NCBI GenBank assembly: GCA_043228905.1
Contig: JBHGNT010000001.1
Location: 6,882,001 to 6,946,000 of the forward strand
Origin: Azolla caroliniana
Lineage: Eukaryota; Plantae; Polypodiophyta
Length of the DNA stretch: 64,000 nucleotides
Reading direction: 5' to 3'
Position 1 is the first letter of the stretch. Each line of letters opens with the position of its first letter. Made by a program: the position numbers and the translations under genes. The notes below the pieces were generated by a model, which saw only the letters and a program-made list of their open reading frames with translations, did not search any database and was not told the origin of the DNA. Below, piece after piece: positions 53,381 through 64,000 of this stretch.

Positions 53381-56300
53381 AAAGCAAAGGCTATGGAGAG
53401 ACCTTTCACAGGAATCTTCAAGGAATCTACAAGGAAATGAGGGAAGGGAGAAAAGTGCATATACAGAAAAACAAAGACTAAAATCATCATAAAGACCAAA
53501 AAGCAAAATCATTTATTGTTCATCTCTAGGATCAAATAAGTAAACAAAATGCATCAAAATTGAATCTGAATGAAACATTGAAAAACACTTTAGCATCATC
53601 ACATGTTCTTCTTCTTCTCCTCCTCCTTTTTGGGTCATTGCTTTCTTGTTTGAATAATCTGCCTAATGTTTTTTGAATCAATGGAAACAAATCTCTTTCG
53701 AGCGCTCATTGGTTTCGAACTCGCAACCCTCTCCGTGGCGGGCGGGTCCCATCCCCACCCATTTGCATACACATGAGGCACACCAATGAAGACTTCCCTT
53801 CCTTCAATCTGCGCGAATCTCGGTTCCCTCTTTTTTCTTTCTTTTTTCTTTTGTCTATGGGATGTTTGTTTTATGTTTGAACGAGAGATCGTTCCCGTCT
53901 GACAGAGACGTTTCGTCCGAATGAGAATACTCTCGAGGGTTTCATTTAGGTCGTCCCCTTTGCTTTCGGCGAATGCGTTTAATTGTTAGGATGCTACAAA
54001 ACAAAGAGTCGGTTTTAACATTTTTTCCATGCGGAAAGTTGTCCTCTACCCCACCCCGTCAGCGAGTATTTCAGATGCATGTATAGAGAATGCCCTCAAT
54101 ATCTTTTAACTTTTCCAAGTTGATGGAATGTTAGTTAGTTTGTTAATCACACTCAATCCTCATATATTTATGAATATGGGGCTTACATCTATGTTTCTTC
54201 CTTTTTTTTATCTTAGATATGAGGAATTTTTAAGTAGATATCCCTCAAATCTATGATTTTTTTCCATATTCCAATCATTTTATTGGCAGTAGTTCATATG
54301 GATCATATATATGCAATTACTATATCTAGGAATTCGTTGTGGAGGAACAAGGTCAATTGGTAATATCACATAGAAATCATAATGTTTGGTGATCTTCTTC
54401 ATGACAATAATATATAGTTCAATCAATATTATACATGTAATGTAACAAACCGTAGGGGGCGAATGATGGTTCTAAAGTAACGAAATTATCTTTAACTCAC
54501 CCATATAATCTGATATTATTTTTTAATTTACTTATCAAAACTGTATCACAAGCCTTGAAAACATACTCTGTGCCTCTAGTTTCAATGCGCCTTGAAAAGA
54601 ATTGGAATCCCACTTTGTGTCTTGTCTTAATCATTATGATAGATGTAGGTAACATGAATATAGAAATCATGTACACACACTTAGTTTAAAATGTCACTCA
54701 TTGATCATTTCTAAATGAATTCGTCTTATTTCATAACTGTTATCATGCCCCCGCGGGGGTCCATGGATAATGCCACAAAGTCACCTATTATTAAGGTTTT
54801 ATATACATATTGGAAACATTATTGAAAGAGTAGAGGTAAATGAAAGTTGTCATGACATATTAAGCTCCATATAAGAAAAAGATTGCAAAGTCAACCTACA
54901 TTTGCATACTCCCATTTTAGAAAATATATTTTAATGTACATCATGGCCACAGCTTATTCCTACGTGAGAATGATGTGAAGACATTTTGATATATTAACTC
55001 ATGAATGGATTAAAACTACGTGCTAGGTATGCAAATAATGGAAAGCTACATAGTATTCCCTTGACTAGAGGTTGGTTTTTACCATAGATATAAGACAAGA
55101 TCAAGTTTCTTGTTTGATCTACAAGTCATCAATACAAATGAAGCCTACAATAATAATTTTAGAAAAAGATTGATTAATACTATATAGACTCGTCGGAGCA
55201 ATATGACTTGTGTTGGATCATCACACATGTATTGGGATAAAATAGTGACATTAGTTCCATGAACACGAGGATGGATGAGATGCAAATGGGATATTTCATT
55301 GTTGTATAACAAATTCAAATCAATGGCAAAACATGCTTAACATTTGCATCCCACCTTTGGCATGGTGTAAGGGATCATCCACCCTTGGCATGGTGTAAGG
55401 GATGATGGTCGGTTAAAACTTTAGTGTCTCCCCTCGAACTAGCCCCTCATAATTATTCACCACTCCCTACATTTAAGGAAGTGAATGGCCTCATGAGTCC
55501 ATGACTATCTTTCCTTCCCACGAGGTGGCAAATTTCATTTTAACTATAACTCTTAACTACTTTCTTGTTTTTCGAAAAACAATTGCCTATACCGTGACGA
55601 AGGGAGTTAAAGGATTGCATTCAACATTGAATGCCTGAAGAGGACACCCTTACCAATCAAAGTATACGGTTAACTCAATGGAAATAGGATTTAATGGGGA
55701 ATACCGCATGATTGAGTAGTGGCCAATTGTGTTTCAGTGAAAGAACAAAGGTAGCCAGACAACATGAACTTCAACAAATGTAAGTGAAATAATATCATAA
55801 GCACTGAGCAGATAGGTCAAATGTGCACAATCATGTTCTTTGAGAGGGAAACTTAAATATTGTGGGTAGATGATAAATGCACTTACGAATATCAATCTTT
55901 GATGTATTAAATGGTAAACCTTAATGGCAAGGGGTGCATTTTCTAACATGCTTTATGTTTTCTAATCAGCCGCTCACTTTCATTGGTCCACATGGGGCCA
56001 CAACTAACAAACAACCATACTCTCGTCCAATGGCCAGGCTTGGGGTAACCCTTACATAAAGGGCAATGTGCGTCCGTACAAACTATTAAATTTGTAAAAA
56101 AATGTGTAATTTCTAGACACATTACATCATGAAGACATGATGTAATTATAAATCGTGTACTTAGAGAATCCAAGTTTTATTCGGGCCATTAATGTTTCAG
56201 GGAAAACCACGCTCTCACTTACTAAAACCACTGGTTGAATTTTCGAACTTGTTGGTTGGAGATATTTACAGAGGGAACAAAACGCGACAAGCATAATTAA

Positions 56301-57842
56301 ATCATATATGTATATTAATATCTTGGATAAATGCATAGAGTTGTGTTTGCATTTTCTCACAATTTTCTATTATTTAAGAAGACTTGTCATGGAGACGAGG
56401 GCATATCAATGACCTTCTAGATAGGCTGTGTTATTTTTCGGTTAACTTTATCATTTTTCTAAAACTACATAAAAAGACAAAATAGAAGAAGAGCAAGCGC
56501 ATATTTGTGATAATAACAATAAAAGCACTACATTAACTCTAGGTATGTTGGTGAAGTCACCATAGATTCTGTGCATTTCTCTCCACTACTCACATCTTCA
56601 CACGTGGCACCGCACCCCATGTGACCCCTTTTTGGATGACGTGGGAAAAGGAGCAATCACACACTAATTTTAGTTATTTATCCTCAAACTAAATAATATA
56701 AAGGGTTTCAAAGGCTAAGAAAAACAAAATGTAATGTGCCACTTTGTCTTCATTCTTTTTAGTTTTTAAGGACTAAATTACATAATCAGTCATCATCTAT
56801 AACATGAATCTTCATTGCTTGCAACTTGCAACATGAGAATCTCAACTTAACTTTCAAAAACTCAAATGCAACTCAATAATGCAACTTAAAAGTCACATGC
56901 CAATCCCCCCCTTTAGGGTCCCGCACACAAAGAAAGTATCTCATTCCATTGATTAGAGCACCTGCTTGCGATCAGGGTCCGTCACAATCTTGATGGAGAA
57001 TTTACACACCTAAGACAACTAGGAGGTGACTACTTTTTAATTGTTAATAGATTATGAGCATCAATTGTTGAAGCCTTGAAAACTTTCAACTTGAAACATT
57101 GAGACCTTTCTTACAAGGTGAATCATCAAAAGTTGATTTGCTTGCATTATGGTCTTGTTCAAAATACAAGTCCAATACAATAAGAGAAGGAAGAATCTTG
57201 TTAGGCAAATTAACAATAGAGAGAGAGAGAGAGAGAGAGAGGAAGAGATATTCTTAGTTGGTAAAATGTAGTTCAACCAGAATTGTTGTCCAATGGAAAC
57301 CAAAAGTCATGTGTTTAATTCCTACATTGCGCAATGGCATCTAGTAAAGTTGAGCATATAGTGAGATTTGAACTCGTGTATGGGCAAGTAAAAACTAGCT
57401 ACCATTGTGTGCAAAAACAAAGGAAGAAATTCTCGATTAGAAAACTTACACACAAGCCATTCAAAATTACCAATTATATACCATTGATTCATCAACAAAT
57501 TAACAAATGATCCTATCTTTCAACAACTAGAAGTTATAAAAGTGCACATACACTATTTTCTCCACACAACTTACAAGCTCAATAATAATGGCCTATAACA
57601 CTTCAAGATTCCTTCTCACATTCTAATCATTGGAGGTTAAACACATGGGCATCGAGATGCTCTTGCAACATCTAATGATTTGATATGGAAGATATCCTCA
57701 AGGAATTCGAAATCATTGTGTGAAAGGCGTGTTTCCTTTTTGGTTTGTTGGCCTTAAAAACGCCAATTCTTTTTGTTCACCTTGAGACAATATCACTGAA
57801 AATATTGGCATTAGGATGTTTTACAAGCAAGTTGTATTGTTC

Positions 57843-58108
57843 ATACCATAGTACGTAAAATTCGTGTTTGTCTAGCATAACATTCGTTTTCCAACGTTGG
57901 AAAACGAATGCGAATGTTATTCAAACATGCTTGTGTGTTTTTTTTTTGTTTTTTCCCATTTTTTTAATGTTTTTTTTTGTATTCATTTTTAGGTTTATTT
58001 ATCTTATAATAAATAGTTAATCCAAAAGTATGGTATTTATCATTCGTTGAGGGTGTTTTTCTTACACGAATGATTGAAACATTCGCGAATGCAAATGCAC
58101 GTATGGTA
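57843..58108. mobile_element. Small MITE-like element containing a 30-bp perfect palindrome (57881-57910)
   Basis: Ends taccatagtacgt / acgtatggta. CATTCG/CGAATG repeats. Palindrome CATTCGTTTTCCAACGTTGGAAAACGAATG. Confidence 0.5.
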
Positions 58109-59846
58109 CATACGGTTCATACTATGGTTCATACAATGTCTTAATCTATTTACTGTGTAGAGTATATATTGCTACGAAATGATTATTGACACATCATTGC
58201 ATGCATCAATTGACCACTACATTACATTCCCATGTATGATAGTTGATTTTATTTATGGATTATTTAGTGAGAAAAGTAGGGCAAGTAGAAAAAGAGGAAG
58301 TGATTGTGGTAATTTGTTGTGGCTATTGTCTAGTGGAACTAGAAAGAGAGGGGAAAGTGAAGAGTGGGAGGTGAAGGTGGAGAGAATAGATAAACAAAAT
58401 CTAAACGAGTAAGAGGACACCCTAGATTTCATTCACTAACTTACACACTTTGTATACGTCAGATCGTATTTTTTGTTCTCTTCAAACCAACAAGGTCTTG
58501 TTTTCTCTTTTGTTCCATGAATATGTTCGTTTATCTTATTTCAATATGAGATCAAGGATACAATGGATGAACATGGATTCCTCAAAATCGACTGCGGACA
58601 TTCATATGGAAATAATTGCTCCAAAAAGGAGCAATATTATATTAGAATGTATTCATTTAAGTAAAGGATTGAGTGGTTCAAAAGCCTTAAGGTTGTTAAG
58701 GAAATATATTTAAAAAACAGTAACATGTTTTGAGGCAAGATTCCTAGAAGATGGTCACATTGATTATCCTAATTGTGATCGATTATTGGATTATGTCCAT
58801 ACATTGTTGCCTAATATGCTAAAGGAGAATGTGTATGAAGCAAAATAATTTCTTGATGAGGATGCGCACGATGTGGAAGTCAATTGCAATGCTATTTTGC
58901 AGTCTTATTCAATGACCATACAAATATATATTCTTTTATCGGAGAACTCTAACTCATCAATGAGATTAAACATTGGTTGAACATAATTGTATCACCTAAC
59001 TTTGTTGAGGATATGTATACAAGCTTGTGAGGGTTTTAAAATGTCATGTTCTGCTCTCCTTAAAGTCATAGTACAATTTTGTCTTTGATGTTCATTATGG
59101 AGAAAGAGGGATAAGATGGGAGATCACAAGGGTTGTTAACTGGGTTGAATGGAATTATCTCACAACCCCTCTGCACTTACGGAGATACAACATTGGACTT
59201 ATCTATGCATATGATGATGTATAGATTCTTATTATTGTAAGACGTGTGTTTGTACTCACAATTATGGATATCTATTATCCAATATTTCCTTGCGGACAGT
59301 GACACATGGAAGTACAACGATTACGGGATTATGGTGGCTATCACTTAATGGAAGTATTCCATTTAAAATTTGTTGTTCTTCATATGCTCAACTCTTGGTT
59401 ATCTCATGGCACAAAACACTCCTTGTATGTTTATTTGACCCATCATCTAGTAGAGATCATTGTAATTCCTTGCAAAGGAGTTACTAAAATCTTCTCGATT
59501 ATTATGGTGGCATGGAAGATAATGATTCATCTGTCAATTTAATCACTCATTACGTTTAGTGGTCAAAGAGTTGGGGGATGTCGTTGAGGCTCAATATCAA
59601 ATATTTGTGGACTTTGCCGAGGGAAGATTATTATTTTTATTATTTTATTATTTTACCAAAAACATATTCTTCATTAGTAAAAATTCTACATACATGACAA
59701 AATGATTAGATTGACAACCTTATAAAGCTTGTAGCCGTGGTAGACGAATAAAAACTACAAAGAACGGTGAACACATATAGGAATCTTCTTTCCATTCATG
59801 TGATCATTGGCTTAAACACTAAACTGTAAACACTAAACGGTGTATA

Positions 59847-61552
59847 TGCGTGGCAAGAAATCATGGCAAGAAATCATGAAAGCATGGCAAGAAATCAGAA
59901 AGGGGATCATATGTAGGTGGAGAAATTATGCATATGCGCGGATATACATGCCAATTGTGTGGAATCCATTGATTAGAGATGTGGATGGGCTGATGATAGG
60001 CCAAAAAACAGGTTTCAAATGGGCTGAGTTAATCAATTCCCAAGGGAATGCATTAGTGGAGTGGGAGAGGTTTTTGTCCAATGAGGTGGGCACTCAAAAG
60101 GCTAGAATATGGAGAATAAGCAGGGGTAAAGGCATGCTCAAGAGAATTACAGATGCCATTGCATGCTACAAGAATACATTGGAAGAGGAAGAAGTAACAA
60201 CCTCTGAAATTGCGTGGACAGGTCTTATAGATGTTGAAAACTGTTTAATTGGCATTAAGGGAATGAAAGTAGAATCGAACGAGGTATGCTACTACAAACT
60301 AGAGCACGGAAGGGCAAGAGGTGAGCAACCAGTCTTTCAAAGAGAAAAGCCGATTAGGCTGATCGTAAAAACAGGCAAGAATATGATTATTGACCCTAAG
60401 CCAAGGGAGATCACACCGGCGACAGTGTGTTGGCCTATAGAAGGGCATTTGGATCAGTTATCATGGGACCCAGCCAGGTATTTTTGGAGAACTCAAGGAC
60501 AAATTGATGGGGAAAAGTTGGTTCAATTTTTCAGGTATAACACGAAGATTGGGAGGCAAATTCTTCTAGAACAAAAACATGACAAGGTTGCGGCAAGGAA
60601 ATTTTGGATGCAGGAGGGCATAAGTGAAAGGAGACTAGATAAATTCTGGACAATGATATGGCATGACAAATATGACCGCAAGATAATGATGTGTTTATAG
60701 CTTATTGCACATAGAGCCTTGCCGGTAGGGACGTGGGGTACAGGCCCCAATGTAGACCCTAGATGTATTGCATGTGGACAGATAGAAAGCATCTCCCATT
60801 GTCTATGGGAATGTCGTGATGCAATGGCTGTATGGGGAAGGGCACTTCGTTTGCTTTGCCATGCCTCTAGTTCGTTCACCCTCAACTGGGGACATGTTTG
60901 TTGGATGTGTCTTGACGTTGATGTGGCGACATACGATAGCACATGCAATGCTAAGTACAGAGGGGAGAATGGCATTGTTCGGCTTATCCCTGACAACGGG
61001 GTACCTACAACTTGTGTACAGAATCAAAAACTTGAAGATCTTTGGATGTTGCTTGCCCCCATTACTATATGGCATATATGGACAGCAAGGTGTACCAAGG
61101 TATTTTCCGCACACAAACGCCCTCCAGCTGAATCGATTAAGCTAATTTGGCACACACTCATAACTACACTAAGAGCTCAATATGAGCGGATTAATGGTAC
61201 TAATGATGCTGCAGACCTAATGAGGCTGAAGTTTCGAAAAAGATGGTGTACGACACCGATGGCCGCAGCAAATGGAATGGATATACGATGGAAGTATGAT
61301 GTACCCAGATGGTTGTTTCCCCCTCCCATTAGTTGAACGAGGGGCGTGAAAGACATGGCAAGTGGGATAGTGAAGGTAGGTGATGTATCTGAAAGGATGG
61401 CTTGAGTCATATGTAAAAGTGTAAGATAAATAAGTGAGATCTCGTATGTAGGCTAGGATAATGTTGGCACGGCCTACCTGAGAAAGGGATCGTGTTCATG
61501 TATATTTTAACTAATTGAGTATATTCTTTTTTGGAAAAAAAAAAAAAAAAAA
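59847..61552 (+). mobile_element. 5'-truncated, relatively young LINE (ORF2 C-terminus with zf-RVT), with poly(A) tail and TSD
   Basis: HRALPVG...CIACGQIESISHCLWEC...IWHIWTARC motif. A18 tail at 61535-61552. 16-bp TSD cactaaa[c/t]ggtgtata at 59831-59846 and 61553-61568. One in-frame TAG (60698) splits the ORF. Confidence 0.9.
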
Positions 61553-62552
61553 CACTAAATGGTGTATAAAACATTGAACGGTGAACTGTAGCCGTGGTAG
61601 ACCTGAAAGAACTTTCATTTGTAAAAAATGTCGTTTGCCGAGGGAAGATATTATTACGTAATCCAATCAATTATGGGATTCTTTTGGCACCTACGTAATT
61701 TAACACTAGCGTGTCACCTAATGCACTATAAAGCAACCACAAGTTGATTGACAATACGTGGTCAAACTAAGTTTTTACAAATTACTATTGATTTGTTGTA
61801 CTATTGCTCCATTGACTCTCATCGATGAATATCATCTAAGGCTGAATAAGAATGGAGAGTATGTAACTTTATTGTGGATGATGGCAGATCTTAAAACATT
61901 GTTGACATTCTATATTTTCACTTCTCAAAAATAATTTCATTAGGGAGCACGGATTGGGGGGTTTACCTTTGGGTTTATCTCTAAAGAGAGGTAAACTAGC
62001 AACAAGCAATTCTTAACATCAACAAAAACCTGTTGTGATCCATGTGACATGGCATAGTCCATGGTGAGGTTGTTGTGTAAATTTATGACCAGAGAGAGAG
62101 AGAGGTTTGTGGAATAGAAATTGGGGGAAGTCAACATAGACATCCTCTTTAGCCATAAACAATATATGGACATTTTATACTCTAGTCTTAAATTAATTTG
62201 TTTACAATTGAATTGTTTTACCGAATTGATATATTTCTACAAATTCATGAATGACTTAACATGTTTTCCACCTTATGTGTTACACTTGCTTTTATGCTAA
62301 TTGAAGAAATAGATAAACCTCATCATTAAATAGAACAAAATCATGAAGATTGCACACTTGATAAGTGGTATTGAATCCTCTAATATGCAAAGAAGGATCT
62401 AACCCATCTAGTTCTTTTGGCTCCCATATCGTGCACCTTATGTATTACACTTTCTTTTATAACTATGAATGGATTACCATGTCTTGCACCTTTCATTTTT
62501 TAAATTTGTTATACCACTTTGCATGTTAGTTGAAGAAATAGATAAACCTCTC

Positions 62553-64000
62553 TGTGAAAATTAACGTGTAGAAGTGTATAGACACAACCAGCTCTGTCGG
62601 ATAGCAACAGAAAACGGAATGAAGGTTTACTAGAAAGCTTCAAAATACACAGAGAATACGTGAGACGGACTGAGAGAGAGTAGAACACACAAAACTATAT
62701 TAAAAAATACTTTGTATAAACTCTGTACATACAAGTGTGCTTTAGAACACTTTTTATACAATTCCTTAAAAGGACTGACAGAAATACTAACAAGTACTTC
62801 AATGCTCATACTGAGCTACTTACACTAACTCCGAGAACCATAACTACCTAGTAGACTAGGAGTGTAGGCCTCCAACGGCCTACCGATTCGCACATGGATC
62901 CAGCCCTCCAATCCGGCTCAGCGATCTGGCTCTCGGCTTATTCAACTGATCCGGCCCACGTTGAGCTTGCTTGCTCAACACTCCCCCTCAAGCTCAACTT
63001 GAGGTTGGGTCGTCGTGTTAGTGTCCGCCAGTCCTTTCCTTCGGCTCCTCCTAGCATTTTCTTGCCTTGCTCGCGCTCTTCGACCCATCTGGTTTCGCAC
63101 ACCTCAACCTTCTCAGTCCACTTGTCTACTCATAAGGCCCCTCTCATCTCCTTCCCTACTGTGACTTCGGCGCTTCTCGACCCGTCGACTTTCGTTGCCT
63201 TCTCATCCACTTGGCCTTCAATTGATTCGGTTCCTCTGAATCGAACTTGTCCGAATTGACCTTCTTCAATTCGCCTTCATTATTTAGGCCCTTCACCACA
63301 TCAAACCATATCCGGGTCTTGGCCTTCATCTTTTGGTCGGCTTTGCCACTGTTGCCGCTTGTTTCGACTTTATCGTATGTGTCGACTTCTTCAGTCGACT
63401 CAACTTCCTTTTTCTCCTTGTCTCCCCATGTTTTGGTTTCGTTCTCCTTCTTTTCGACTTCTCTAGTGGCTTTACCTATTTTCCTAGTTCCTGTTGAAGT
63501 TCTCCCCCTCAACTGCAGCACATCGAGATGTTGTCGCCCTAGCATCTCTTAAAAGTGTTGCAACTTGTCCAATCCGAGTGGCTTGGTGAAGATGTCTACA
63601 ACCTACCGATTGGTTTGAACATATTGGAGTTCGGCTTCACCACTCACACACAAAGTGATAATGCACTTCTATGTGCTTTGTCTGAGCATGGAACACAAGG
63701 TTCTTGGCCAACTGCATGCTAATGATGTTGTCGTAGTAGATCAGGATCGGAGTTGGTACTTCGATCTGGAGGTCTTACAGCGGCCGCTGAAACCAAATGG
63801 CTTCATAAGTTGCGACGATAGCTCTTCGATACTCAACCTCAGTGCTCGATAGAGCCATTGTTGGCTGCTTCATGCAACAACTACGCTACCAAGAGAAAAC
63901 ATGAAGCCAGATGTTGACCGACGATCCAACGCATCACTGGCCCAGTCGGCATCCGTATAGCCAACTAGTTGTTCGGCTATATCGTGTCGGTACAACACTC
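62553..64000 (-). mobile_element. Ty1/Copia retrotransposon 3' end: RNase H remnant, PPT and 3' LTR (62980-62553)
   Basis: Minus strand reads LVGYTDADWASDALDRRSTSGFMF, ALSSTEVEY, HIEVHYHF and DIFTKPL. PPT GAGGGGGAG abuts TGTTG at 62980. Stops and frameshifts present. Confidence 0.9.

Noticed and set aside
52813-53512. Poly-Leu/poly-Arg ORFs
   Set aside because: Translations of (CTT)n microsatellites in the NLP leader.
55347-55406. 28-bp two-copy repeat
   Set aside because: Simple local duplication with no further structure.

Overview
Eukaryotic land-plant nuclear DNA: AT-rich, GT-AG introns, telo-boxes, many decayed LINE/LTR/MITE elements. A non-seed plant such as a fern is my inference and is not proven. 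Host genes: a small membrane protein (1.8-2.3 kb), a 9-exon renalase-like FAD oxidoreductase (-), a SIAMESE-RELATED-like CDK inhibitor, a 13-exon Enhancer-of-polycomb-like gene and a 5-exon NIN-like protein (RWP-RK + PB1, -). The standout is a two-exon gene, join(32848..33542,33903..34356), 382 aa, which the ORF track splits in two. Its spliced product follows the gasdermin pore-forming-domain motif order and ends in a short ~65-aa tail, like bacterial and fungal gasdermins. Gasdermins are generally regarded as absent from plants. A decayed tandem paralog lies 10.5 kb downstream, separated by a LINE > LTR-element > solo-LTR nest. All homology calls come from motif recognition by eye; no searches were run.
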